A stretch of 64,000 nucleotides of DNA from Deltaproteobacteria bacterium (GTDB taxonomy: Bacteria; JAGRBM01; JAHCIT01): contig JAHCIT010000005.1 of assembly GCA_026129095.1 (NCBI GenBank), positions 1-64,000 of the forward strand. Direction: 5' to 3'. Position 1 is the first letter of the stretch; every line of letters begins with the position of its first letter. This document shows, one piece after another, positions 38,350 to 48,011 of this stretch. The notes beneath the pieces were generated by a model that was not told where the DNA came from, did not search any database, and saw only the letters and a list, made by a program, of their open reading frames with translations. The translations under genes were made by a program, and so were the position numbers.

Positions 38350-39399
38350 TCAGCGAAGGTCGTACCAGACCCCGCGGCCACTGCCGTGCTGGTTCAGTGT
38401 GCCCTGTTCGACCAGTGTCCGGAAATGCTGTTTGAGCGTGTTGCGGCTGGCGCCGGTCAGCTTGATCGCCTCGCCGATGGTGACCCGGCCGTGCTCGCGG
38501 GCGAATTCGACGATCCGGAGCGACAGTTCGGGCATCGCCGCCAGCACGATCCTTTCGCGCTCGACCTTCTTCTCCAGCCGCCTGACCTGCTCGGACAGGG
38601 ATCGCAGGAAAAACACGAGCCACGGCTGCCAGTCCGGCGCCCCGGTACGGATCGTACCCTGTGTCTGGCGCAGGGCCAGATAGTAAGCTTCCTTGCTCTG
38701 TTCGATCACGCTTTCCAAGGAGCTGTACGGCACGTAGGCGTAACCGGCCTGCAGGAGCAGGAGCGTTGTCAGCGCCCGGGAGAGCCGGCCGTTGCCATCC
38801 TGGAACGGATGGATCTCCAGAAACACAACAATGCAAAGGGCGATGACCAGCAGCGGATGCAGACGGGCTGCCTCCCGTTCCTGCCTCACCCAGGCCACCA
38901 GCTCCGCCATCAGCCGGGGCGTGTCGAACGGCGTCGCGGTCTCGAATACGACGCCGATCTGCACGCCGGTCTCGTCGAAGGCGGCTACACTGTTCGAATT
39001 CGTCTTGTAATGGCCCCGATGCCGGGTGTCCTTCTCGCTGTATTGCAGAAGGATCTGGTGCAATTGCTTGATGTGATTCTCGGTGAACGGAATGTCCTGC
39101 CAGGACGAGAATACCAGATCCATGAGTCCCGCATAGCCAGCCACCTCCTGCTCATCACGGGTGGCGAAGGACCTGATCTCCAGGTTCGCCAGCAGCCGTT
39201 CAACCTCCCGGTCGGACAGCTTGCTGCCCTCGATACGCGTGGAGGAGCCGATGCTCTCGATGGTGGCCACGCGCCGCAGGGCCGACAGCCGCTCAGGCGC
39301 GAGTGTGCCCAAGGCGCGCCAGGTACCTTTGAATTCGTCGATCCCGGCAATGAGGCCCAGGATCTCCGGGGTGATCTGAATGGTGTCTGCCCGAAGCAT
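38350..39399 (-). CDS. Fic-family protein with C-terminal HTH
   Basis: SSTRIEG inhibitory-type helix; HPFQDGNGRLSR; C-terminal wHTH ending HGSGRGVWY. Confidence 0.93.
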   Translation of the reverse strand: MLRADTIQITPEILGLIAGIDEFKGTWRALGTLAPERLSALRRVATIESIGSSTRIEGSKLSDREVERLLANLEIRSFATRDEQEVAGYAGLMDLVFSSWQDIPFTENHIKQLHQILLQYSEKDTRHRGHYKTNSNSVAAFDETGVQIGVVFETATPFDTPRLMAELVAWVRQEREAARLHPLLVIALCIVVFLEIHPFQDGNGRLSRALTTLLLLQAGYAYVPYSSLESVIEQSKEAYYLALRQTQGTIRTGAPDWQPWLVFFLRSLSEQVRRLEKKVERERIVLAAMPELSLRIVEFAREHGRVTIGEAIKLTGASRNTLKQHFRTLVEQGTLNQHGSGRGVWYDLR

Positions 39400-39580
39400 G
39401 AGCCAATACTACACCCATTTACACCCATTTCCGAGCAGCATCATTATGGCCGGTTTTCACACAATCTACCGGGATTGAGCTTATATGACGGTAACGAGCC
39501 CAATAATGGGGGGGGGGATTCCGGAACCCCAGTCGAAGACACATCCTGTCACTCGCCCGGCTATATTCCCGCTTACGAGC

Positions 39581-40462
39581 ATGCCGCTTAAACTTCTCAT
39601 CACCGATCTCGACCACACGCTCTGGGACTGGGCGGGGTATATCGTGCCGTCGCTGAAGGCGATGGTGGGGTCACTCGAACGGACGACCGGCTATCCCCGT
39701 CCGTTCATCATCCGGTCGCTCCGGCAGGTCTATGGCCGCTACCAGACCACCGAATACGCCTTCGCGCTCCAGCAGTCGGATATCTGGACCCGCTGGCGAA
39801 AGCAGCACGGAAACGATCTCGACGGTTTCCTGGAGAACGTCGTGGCCCCGGCCGCCCTCGCCTACGCCGCCGAACGGAAGAAACGTTTTTGCCTGTATCC
39901 TGGCGTGAAAGAGACGCTTGAGCAGATCAGGCAATCAGGTGTGAAGATCGTCGCTTTATCCGACGCGCCGAGATTTCCTGCCGAGCAGCGGCTGAAGCGC
40001 GCCGGCATCGACGGCGTGTTCGACGCGCTCTATTGCCTGAAGTCCTATCCGATTCCGAAGTCCGGCGGCCGCCACCGGGTCGCGCCGTTCATTGTCGTCA
40101 AAGAGAAGTCCGGCCACTACCGGTCGAAGGTGAAACGGGTCATCGAGCTGCCACCCGCCTGGGAGAAACCGGACCCGCGTGGACTCAGGAAAATCCTGAA
40201 ATCGTTCGGCGTAAAGCCGGAAGAAGCGATCCTCGCCGGCGATTCCCTCCGGAAAGACGGGGCCGTCGCTCACGCCGCCCATGTTCCGTTCTACTGGGCA
40301 CGCTACGGAACCGGGATCCCGGCCAAGGCCCTTGAAGAACTCTCCCTCTATACCCCCGCCGCCGTCCGGCGGCGGAACTCTTCACCGCCAGCGGGAGAAG
40401 TGCACAGGAGGGGAGAACTGGCTTCGTTCGGGGATCTGCTGAGATGTCTCCCCTCAGCCTGA
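39581..40462 (+). CDS. HAD-superfamily hydrolase
   Basis: LITDLDHTLW (DxD), LYPGV, LSD, KPDP, GDS..KD. Confidence 0.88.
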   Translation: MPLKLLITDLDHTLWDWAGYIVPSLKAMVGSLERTTGYPRPFIIRSLRQVYGRYQTTEYAFALQQSDIWTRWRKQHGNDLDGFLENVVAPAALAYAAERKKRFCLYPGVKETLEQIRQSGVKIVALSDAPRFPAEQRLKRAGIDGVFDALYCLKSYPIPKSGGRHRVAPFIVVKEKSGHYRSKVKRVIELPPAWEKPDPRGLRKILKSFGVKPEEAILAGDSLRKDGAVAHAAHVPFYWARYGTGIPAKALEELSLYTPAAVRRRNSSPPAGEVHRRGELASFGDLLRCLPSA

Positions 40463-40520
40463 TCACCCGTCCCGGTTGCAGTTACAAAATCAATACCGGA
40501 ACAGAAGTGCCAGCACCCTC

Positions 40521-40589
40521 CCCCCTCCCTCGTACTATCCAGCTGGCCATGAGCCGGTCCCCAGTATGGGAATCGGGATGATAGAGGAG
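40521..40589 (-). repeat. Duplicated fragment of the terL 3' region (31801-31867)
   Basis: Same sequence with 4 substitutions and a 2-nt insertion. Confidence 0.9.
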
Positions 40590-40894
40590 TGACCCGCCCC
40601 GCCTCATATCAGCCTTATGCCCCCACAGGGCGCACATGGCTTTCCTTTTTTGTCCGGAAACCTACGAACTTCTACGAACTGGCTCGGAGATTTTCCTGTA
40701 ACTGGAGGGGGTTAAAGAGCCGGACTCTTAATCAGCGGGTCGCCGGTTCGAGCCCGGCATCTCCCACCACACCTTCCCCCGCCAATTAACCCCTAGGTAT
40801 CCCTGTCAGATTGCAGGTTTGGGTCCATCGCGGCCGGTTCCGGCTAAAACCGTCCGAACTCCTGAAAAACGGGAGCGGATGACTTTGGGACAGC
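40590..40894 (+). repeat. att-like repeat copy 2 with tRNA-Lys(CTT) 3' half (40723-40769)
   Basis: Identical 47-bp core; flanks shared with copies 1 and 3; begins TGACCCGCCCC. Confidence 0.92.
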
Positions 40895-40974
40895 GAGTAG
40901 AACACGTCCCTCATCTGGCTTTCCTGGTCGCTCCGGTAGGGATGATCGCCCGGACGCCGCGCTCCAGTATCCGG

Positions 40975-41190
40975 TCGAAAACCCCCGGCTTTCCGCCATG
41001 AATTGAACCGGTGATAGACCGGCTGCCACTCGCCGTACCACTCCGGCATGTCCCGCCACGGCATCCCCGCCGACAGCACCCAGAACGTCCCGTTCATGAC
41101 CGTTCGCGGGTCGTTCAGCGGGCCGCCGAACCCCCGTTTGAGCAGTAAATTCTCGATCAGCCTGAACTGGTCTTCCGACAAATCGTACGG
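40975..41190 (-). pseudogene. IS5-family transposase N-terminal fragment
   Basis: YDLSEDQF..IE.LL..R.VMNG.FWVL..G.PWRDMPE.YG.WQ.VY.RF..W. Confidence 0.85.
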
Positions 41191-41385
41191 CGGGCCATCG
41201 GTGCATCTCTCCTGCACCCCCACTCCCCGCCACGGGTAAAAGATTCGTGCCGGAAGTACAAGCACTTTTCAGTCAGAGCCTAGCTACTTTCGGGATACCG
41301 CCACCAGATTGTCAAGAATAGAAATTCCATCCTATTCTGGAGATCCTGTTTCATGTTCTAGTGCAACCACATCCGGCGGGATTCG

Positions 41386-43845
41386 ATGGATATTGGTTTT
41401 GAATCGGCTGCGGGTTGGCTGGTGCCGGCATTACTGGCCGCACTGGCTGGAGCCCTGATTGTCTGTCGGCGGATTTATACCGGATCCCGGACGCTCGAAG
41501 CCGAACTTGTCCGGGGGCAGCACCGCCTCCGGATGGTTCTGGAAACCCTGCCAGACCTGTACTTCATCCAAACGGCTGATGGCGTGTTTCTGGAGTGGTA
41601 CGCATCAAATCCGGAGATGCTTGCACTGCCGCCGGAGCAGTTCGTCGGGCGCTCAATGCGGGAAGTACTGCCGGCCGATCTTTGCGAACTGTCGGCGCAG
41701 GCGTTCCAGGAAGCCCGGGCCCAAGGCGCTGCCACGCCGTTTGAATACGCCCTGAAGTTCCAGGGCATGGAACGGATCTACGAGGCCCGGGTTTTTCCCT
41801 ACGGAGAAAAGGAGTTCCTGACAGTAGCCCGGGATATTACGAACCGCCGGCGCATGGAAGAAGGGCTTGTGCGGTCGCGGGAGTTTCTCCAGGACATTCT
41901 GGATTCCCTGGCTTCTTCTATTGCCATTCTGGACTGGAACGGGGTGATTCTGTCGGTCAACGCTGAATGGAACCGTTTTGCGTCCGAAAACGGCGGCAAT
42001 CCACAGACTTGCGGTGCCGGGGCCAGTTATCTGAAGGTTTGCCACCGGGCCAATGGCCCGGGATCGGAAGCGGCCGGAGTGGTCGCGGCCGCCATCGTGG
42101 ATCTGGCGGCGGGAAACCGGGACCGTTGCGAGGTTGAATATCCCTGCCACGGAAACGGAGAGGACCGCTGGTTCGTCGTGCGGCTGAGCAGGTTCAGCCA
42201 TCATGGTCAGGTCCGCATTGTTGCCGCGCACACCGACATAACTGCGAGGAAGCAGTCCGAGATGGCTCTGGCCTCCACGTTCCGGCAGATACAGCAGATC
42301 AAGCGCGAGTGGGAAGCAACCGTCGACACCCTGCCGGAACTGGTTTGCCTTCTTGACAACTCGGGCCGCGTGGTACGTGCAAATCGGCGCATGCTCGACT
42401 GGGGTATTTCAACTTTCGCGGGACTGCCGACACGGCCGCTACCAGATCTGATTTTCCGTGATGCCGGCCCAGGCCCCACTCTCCTGTGGAGCGAGGCATG
42501 GAACCGGATGAAGGCAGAGGGAGTCGGTGGATTTGATCTGGATACACCAGTTTCCGGCCGGTACCTGAAGATCGACCTGAGACCGGTCAGCCAGGAACTC
42601 GGCTCCACGGGAGAAAGTCTGGTGCCATATGCGGTTGCTACCGTTTATGACATCAGCGCACAGGTGAAAGCTGCCCAGTTACGTCAGCAGCTTGAAGAGC
42701 AATTACGTCAGGCGCAGAAAATGGAGATCGTCGGACAGCTGGCCGGTGGGGTGGCGCACGATTTCAACAACCTGCTGGTTGTCATCAACGGATATGCGCA
42801 TGTGCTGATGGCCCAGCTGGACCCGTCGTCACAGATGTGGGAAGACGCCCGGAGCATTTTTGAAACCGGCGAACGTGCGGCCGCCCTGACTCGCCAGCTT
42901 CTCACGTTCAGCCGTCAGCAGATCGCCGAGCCAAGACTGCTCAATGTGGGTGAGGTCGTCGGGGGAATGGAAAAGATTCTCCGCCGCCTGATTCGGGAAA
43001 ACGTGGTCCTGCATTTCAACCTAGAGGCTGGGGGCTGGGAAGTCAGGGCTGATCCCCGCCACCTGGAGCAGATAGTCGTGAACCTGGCGCTGAACTCACA
43101 GGATGCGATGCCCGAAGGCGGTACACTATCCATTTCGGTCCGGGAAATGGTGGATGGCGACGGGCAGGTGCGGTTCGTGGTGCTGGAAACCTCTGATACC
43201 GGAACGGGAATGCCGGCACATGTGAAGGCGCGCATCTTCGAGCCGTTTTTCACCACGAAGGAGGTTGGCAAGGGTACGGGGCTCGGCCTCTCGGTGGTCT
43301 ACGGTATTGTGCAGGGGCTCGGGGGACATGTCGAGGTGGACAGCGAGGAAGGCAGGGGAACCCGGATTCAGATACGGATTCCTGCTGTCGCTTCGACTGA
43401 GGCAGCGGATGAAACCGATGCCCCGCCACTGCCCTCTGGCGGGCAGGAAACGATTCTGGTGGTTGAGGATGAAGAAGCCGTCCGGCAGGTCGCGGTCCGG
43501 ACACTGAAGGGGCTGGGATACCAATTACTTGAATCATCAAGCGGTGAAGATGCCCTACGGATCGCTGCCGCACATCGGGGGGAGATTCACCTGCTGCTTA
43601 CGGATGTCGTGATGCCTGGCATGAGCGGCATCGCACTGGCAAGAGCCATCCAATCAGTCCGGCCGGGAACCCGCTATCTGCTGGTTTCCGGGTATGCGGG
43701 TGACGCCCTGAATGCACTGCCCGGCGTACCGGAACGGCATCTCGTCCTGAAGCCATACCGCCCGGATGACCTCGCCCGAAAGATACGTGAGATACTGGAC
43801 GGTCCGGTCGAACCGGTCCCGGAAGCGAATCCAAATATTCCTTGA
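41386..43845 (+). CDS. Hybrid sensor histidine kinase (TM-PAS-PAS-PAS-HisKA-HATPase-REC)
   Basis: GQLAGGVAHDFNNLL, NLALNSQDAM, FEPFFTTK..GKGTGLGL, VVEDE..TDVVMP..KPY. Confidence 0.93.
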   Translation: MDIGFESAAGWLVPALLAALAGALIVCRRIYTGSRTLEAELVRGQHRLRMVLETLPDLYFIQTADGVFLEWYASNPEMLALPPEQFVGRSMREVLPADLCELSAQAFQEARAQGAATPFEYALKFQGMERIYEARVFPYGEKEFLTVARDITNRRRMEEGLVRSREFLQDILDSLASSIAILDWNGVILSVNAEWNRFASENGGNPQTCGAGASYLKVCHRANGPGSEAAGVVAAAIVDLAAGNRDRCEVEYPCHGNGEDRWFVVRLSRFSHHGQVRIVAAHTDITARKQSEMALASTFRQIQQIKREWEATVDTLPELVCLLDNSGRVVRANRRMLDWGISTFAGLPTRPLPDLIFRDAGPGPTLLWSEAWNRMKAEGVGGFDLDTPVSGRYLKIDLRPVSQELGSTGESLVPYAVATVYDISAQVKAAQLRQQLEEQLRQAQKMEIVGQLAGGVAHDFNNLLVVINGYAHVLMAQLDPSSQMWEDARSIFETGERAAALTRQLLTFSRQQIAEPRLLNVGEVVGGMEKILRRLIRENVVLHFNLEAGGWEVRADPRHLEQIVVNLALNSQDAMPEGGTLSISVREMVDGDGQVRFVVLETSDTGTGMPAHVKARIFEPFFTTKEVGKGTGLGLSVVYGIVQGLGGHVEVDSEEGRGTRIQIRIPAVASTEAADETDAPPLPSGGQETILVVEDEEAVRQVAVRTLKGLGYQLLESSSGEDALRIAAAHRGEIHLLLTDVVMPGMSGIALARAIQSVRPGTRYLLVSGYAGDALNALPGVPERHLVLKPYRPDDLARKIREILDGPVEPVPEANPNIP

Positions 43846-43945
43846 ATATCAAAGCAATATGGGGCGGGCACTACCAAAGCATGTCTTTCCAGAAGCCAAG
43901 GTTCCGGTTTTGATATGACCCAGCCTTCCTGAAGCCGGCAATCCT

Positions 43946-46018
43946 TCAAACCTCGACTGACGCCGCTTTTGCAGGGTCTTCCGCATCGGGCAACCACATC
44001 ATGGGGGTTGCCGTATCGGCAAAAATCACTTGCCGGCGGCCGGACTCCTTGGCGCGGTATAATCTGCGGTCTGCAACCTTCAGAAGATCATCCAGGCTTT
44101 CGCCATCCGCGCCGAATGACGCCACTCCTGCACTGAAAGAGCATCTGAAATTGCCTCCATGATCGTCCGGGAATGCAAGCTCACAGAATTCGTTCAGGAG
44201 CCGATCAATAATCTGGCCAGCAGTTGCTGCGTTCTGGCCGGGCAACATGAGAACAAACTCCTCGCCACCCCACCGCCCTCGAAGGTCTTCCTTCCGGAAT
44301 CGCAACTGCACAAGATGCCCAAAACCGGAAATTACGCGGTCGTCAGCCAAATGTCCCCGCTGATCGTTCACCTGCTTGAACCGGTCGATATCAATCAGGC
44401 ACAGGGACACGGGCCTGTCCCTCCGCCGTGCGTCAGCAAGGATGACCTGGGCATTTTCGGCAAAAGGCCGGCGGAGAAGCAGGCCCGTCAGCGAATCCTT
44501 TGCAGCCAGTTCCCTTTCGAGCCGGGCACGATCCAGCCGCACCTTGATCCGGGCCAGCAACTCCGCTTCCACGAATGGCTTGCTGACATAGTCGTCCGCA
44601 CCGGCACGAAAGGCCGCCAGCCGCACATCAAGGCCGGTCAGTGCGGTCGTTACGATTATGGGCAGGTTTCTCCATGCGGTTGACTGGCGAAGCAGCTTGC
44701 AAATATCAAAACCGCTGACTCCAGGCATCAGGATATCCAGTATCAGAAGTCCAGGCCGCACTTCCGACATCGCCTCCATGATGTGGGCAGTAGACGTTAG
44801 AGTATATGTTGAAAAACCGTTTCGGGTCAGAATATTGCTGGCAAGTACAGAGAACCGTTCGTCATCATCCACAATCATGACCGGTATGCCTGTGTTTAGC
44901 CTCGCATCCCTGAACTCCCTGAAGGTGCCACGGACAGTCTCCAGATCAAGTGGTTTCTCCAGAAAACGCGCTGCGCCAAAATGGACAGAATCAATACGGT
45001 CCTGAAAGCGGCCTGCCATGCCGATAAACGCAACCGGCACATCCGGAAATACCCTGGTCAGATTCATGGCCTCACGTCTGTCCTCCGGACCGGGCAGTTC
45101 GAAGTCTATAAAGAGCCCTTGCAGCTTGCCCTGACCCTTTTCGATTGCCAGAGCATCAGCCAGTGTGGCGGCCACCAGCGAACGGACTCCAGCTTCAAGG
45201 CAGCAAGCCTCAACCGCCCGAACGACATTCCTGTCTGTCGAGATGACAAGCATGGTCGCTGCTTCCACTCCCAGACAGTCCTCATGACTCTCTTTTCCCT
45301 CTTCTGGTGAAATGGCCGCACATGAGCTGGAGAACCGCGCGAGACGTAGTTTAGCAGTTTCGGCAAGAACTCCGCTCTCAGGCGCAGCCATGAGTTCGAC
45401 CAAGACGTCCTCAAGCTCTGCCGCAGCGGTTCCAACTTCCAGAAAACCGTACAATGCGGCTGTGCCCCGGATATTGTGTACCTTGATCCGTGCGTGGGCT
45501 ACGTCGGTTTCGGAATACCCAATGTTGAGCAATCGTGTGACCACATGCTCAAGTTCTTTGACAACGTGGACCAAGGAACCTTGGAACTCCCTGTGCAGTT
45601 CATTGATCTCAGGATCATGCAGGCCTGCAATACACTTCACAGGTGGTATGGGCTTTTTCGGAAGCAGCATCTCTATCTGTTCCACCAGGACCGGAATCTG
45701 AACCGGCTTGTGCACCACGAGCATCACACCCAGATCATTGGTCAGGAGCTGATAGCTCTTGAAATCCCTCCAGAATGAAGAGACAAATACCACCGCGACC
45801 TGGCACCCGCTGGAGCGAATGCCGGCTATCCAGTCCAGCCCATTCGTATCCGGCAGAAGACCGTCCACAACCACCAGATCAATAGTGCAATGCCTAAGAT
45901 GTTCGGTAGCCTCCCGCCCGGTAGCGGTGGTAGTGACGTCATGGCCAGCCAAACGGAACTGTGCCGCCAGTGGTTCGGAAAAATGACGGTCGTCTTCCAG
46001 TAGCAGAATTGATGCCAT
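43946..46018 (-). CDS. REC-Hpt-REC(degenerate)-REC-GGDEF diguanylate cyclase
   Basis: LLEDD..VDGLLP; HNIRGTA..YG (Hpt); LDILMP; DIDRFKQVND..RKED..RWGGEEF. Confidence 0.9.
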   Translation of the reverse strand: MASILLLEDDRHFSEPLAAQFRLAGHDVTTTATGREATEHLRHCTIDLVVVDGLLPDTNGLDWIAGIRSSGCQVAVVFVSSFWRDFKSYQLLTNDLGVMLVVHKPVQIPVLVEQIEMLLPKKPIPPVKCIAGLHDPEINELHREFQGSLVHVVKELEHVVTRLLNIGYSETDVAHARIKVHNIRGTAALYGFLEVGTAAAELEDVLVELMAAPESGVLAETAKLRLARFSSSCAAISPEEGKESHEDCLGVEAATMLVISTDRNVVRAVEACCLEAGVRSLVAATLADALAIEKGQGKLQGLFIDFELPGPEDRREAMNLTRVFPDVPVAFIGMAGRFQDRIDSVHFGAARFLEKPLDLETVRGTFREFRDARLNTGIPVMIVDDDERFSVLASNILTRNGFSTYTLTSTAHIMEAMSEVRPGLLILDILMPGVSGFDICKLLRQSTAWRNLPIIVTTALTGLDVRLAAFRAGADDYVSKPFVEAELLARIKVRLDRARLERELAAKDSLTGLLLRRPFAENAQVILADARRRDRPVSLCLIDIDRFKQVNDQRGHLADDRVISGFGHLVQLRFRKEDLRGRWGGEEFVLMLPGQNAATAGQIIDRLLNEFCELAFPDDHGGNFRCSFSAGVASFGADGESLDDLLKVADRRLYRAKESGRRQVIFADTATPMMWLPDAEDPAKAASVEV

Positions 46019-46038
46019 GCCTTACCCTCAAACCTCGC

Positions 46039-46494
46039 TCAAGCCGCCACGCTAGATATTTCTGGTTGAACCGCCGCCCGTACGTCGGCCAGGCCAGCGG
46101 CATTTGATCTGCGGCGGGCAAGGATCTGTTCGACGTTCTCAACCAGAGAGGCAGGAATGAAAGGCTTTCGAATCGTGGCGATTGCGCCTATGGATCTGTA
46201 GAAATCTGCCGCTCCGGCATCCGAAGCGGCGGTCAGGAAAGCGACCGGAATGCTAGCAGTAGCCGCCGACTTGAGAATGTATTTGAGCGTCTCAGGTCCG
46301 CTCATCACTGGCATGATTGAATCCAGCAGAATCAGGTCAGGAAGATTTTCACCAATTACCGCGAGGCCTTCCACTCCGGAGGCCACTGAAATGACATCCA
46401 TTTTCCCGATTCTGCGCAAGGAGATTTCCACCAATCGCCGGACGAACCGGTCATCATCAATCACGAGAATCTTGGGTTGGATGCTTCCAAGCAT
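46039..46494 (-). CDS. Single-domain response regulator
   Basis: VIDDD, LDSIMP, FLTA, KPF. Confidence 0.9.
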   Translation of the reverse strand: MLGSIQPKILVIDDDRFVRRLVEISLRRIGKMDVISVASGVEGLAVIGENLPDLILLDSIMPVMSGPETLKYILKSAATASIPVAFLTAASDAGAADFYRSIGAIATIRKPFIPASLVENVEQILARRRSNAAGLADVRAAVQPEISSVAA

Positions 46495-46585
46495 TTTGTT
46501 TCCCTTTTAAGTCCAAGCTCCCCCTGGCATTTTGGAAGTGTGGGCTGGAGCGGGTTCTTCCCGGTCATGAAACAGGCAAGAGAGA

Positions 46586-47188
46586 TCAATTGAACTCCTT
46601 GGAGCCGCTCCCCGCGGTCGCCAGCCGGATCTCACGGGCATCCCGGAGATCTGGACCCAGAAACTGCCGGTTGAGGAAGGTCATCGCTATCGGCATGCTC
46701 GAGAAGCTCCCCAGAGGCGTCAGCGATGCGGTGAAGGGACCGGACTCTGTAACCCTGTGCTCCAGCCAGATGAGATGCAGCTTTTCCAAGCGAGCTACCG
46801 CGTCCATGACCTGGGTACGTGTCAGTCCGCTTTCCCGGGCGAACTCCCGAAGACCCGCCCGGTCGTGCTTGTTCAGCACCGTCAGCAGCATCATGTCGCT
46901 GCGCGTGACAGGAACGTCCAGAATGATAGACAGTTCCCGGGCCCCGGCATCGAGACGGGCATAGTCTTCTTCGCGGCCCCTGGGCGGCTGAAGGCCATCG
47001 AACAAGCCGGTATGCACCCCCGCCGCCTCGGCTGTCACCGGGCTCATCATGGCGGTAACACCAATAGATATGGGGTTTGTCCCCACCGCACTTATCGCGA
47101 CAATTTCAGCACCCGCACAGGCCTGGAGCAGCAGAATGGAAACCGTACCAAGCATCCGGATCGGCGATTTGAAGAAACAGGCTTTCAT
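46586..47188 (-). CDS. Hypothetical protein with lipoprotein-like signal and C-terminal wHTH-like region
   Basis: SILLLQAC at Cys24; LREFARESGLTRTQVMDAVARLEKLHLI..SLTPLG; RBS GGAG; sigma-54 motif upstream. Confidence 0.6.
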   Translation of the reverse strand: MKACFFKSPIRMLGTVSILLLQACAGAEIVAISAVGTNPISIGVTAMMSPVTAEAAGVHTGLFDGLQPPRGREEDYARLDAGARELSIILDVPVTRSDMMLLTVLNKHDRAGLREFARESGLTRTQVMDAVARLEKLHLIWLEHRVTESGPFTASLTPLGSFSSMPIAMTFLNRQFLGPDLRDAREIRLATAGSGSKEFN

Positions 47189-47234
47189 GGTCATTCTCCC
47201 CGGGGTCTCAGGCCCCATGCACGCCACGACTAAT

Positions 47235-47249
47235 ACAAGCGCCGTGCCA
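47235..47249 (-). promoter_or_regulatory. Sigma-54 (-24/-12) promoter
   Basis: TGGCAC-GGCGC-TTGT (T instead of C at -12); perfect IHF box at 47266-47278; palindromes further upstream. Confidence 0.75.
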
Positions 47250-47388
47250 TCCGGCGAGGGACTTGTAACTCGTTGATTGGGCGAGGATTTCGTATTTGTC
47301 CGGATCGCAAGGCCCTCGATCCACTGGGTCAACGGCAACCCTGGTTTGCTTTATGTGGTCAGCAATTACCCCGCCCCTGGAGGAAAAA

Positions 47389-47435
47389 GTTACGTCAGTA
47401 GTCGTAACCAGAAGCCGTTTGCGTAAAAACGCAAA
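47389..47435. promoter_or_regulatory. Candidate enhancer (UAS) palindromes
   Basis: GTTACG-N8-CGTAAC (47389-47408) and TTTGCGT-N4-ACGCAAA (47418-47435), 140-185 bp upstream of the sigma-54 motif. Confidence 0.6.
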
Positions 47436-47487
47436 TGCACAAGCTCCAGACCAGAAGCTGTGGCTGATTAGGTGATGGTATATCGAT

Positions 47488-47970
47488 TCAGCCGGACACT
47501 GAGCTGCGCAGCAAGTATCCTTCCGGATAAAGTGCCCGATCCGGAGACGTATCGCGCTCAGGCTCGTGCGCCAGCCGCCGACGAATATCCACGGTCAGGC
47601 GGTCAGGCTGAAAACTACCCTTGGCGAGCATTTCCAAAACATCGGCCTTCGACAGGTAGAGGTCCACGCCATCCCGGACCCCGCAATAGGGATCCTCTGT
47701 ATCCGGGCTTCCAGTCATCACAACGGTCATCGGCCGGGAATCCGCAAAAGCTCCGCGCGCTGCGATCCGTTCGCAAAAATCGAAGCCCGATGGGCCCGGC
47801 ATGATCTGGTCGGCAAATATGATATCGGGACGAGCAAAGGGCACCAGTTCCAGTCCCTCGCGGGCATTTGCGGCGTACCACACCCGATGCCCGGCCTGCT
47901 CAAGGGGTTTTCCCAGACGGCGGCGAAAGAACGGGTCGTCGTCAACGATCAGTGTCCGTGGGTTCCTCAT
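47488..47970 (-). CDS. Response regulator receiver protein with short C-terminal extension
   Basis: IVDDD, ADQIMP, VMTG, YLSK. Confidence 0.85.
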   Translation of the reverse strand: MRNPRTLIVDDDPFFRRRLGKPLEQAGHRVWYAANAREGLELVPFARPDIIFADQIMPGPSGFDFCERIAARGAFADSRPMTVVMTGSPDTEDPYCGVRDGVDLYLSKADVLEMLAKGSFQPDRLTVDIRRRLAHEPERDTSPDRALYPEGYLLRSSVSG

Positions 47971-48011
47971 TTCTGGATACGCTCCATTTGTCCGCAGGTT
48001 TCCCAGGCCAG

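Noticed and set aside
38386-39591. 401-aa plus-strand ORF
   Set aside because: Antisense shadow of fic.
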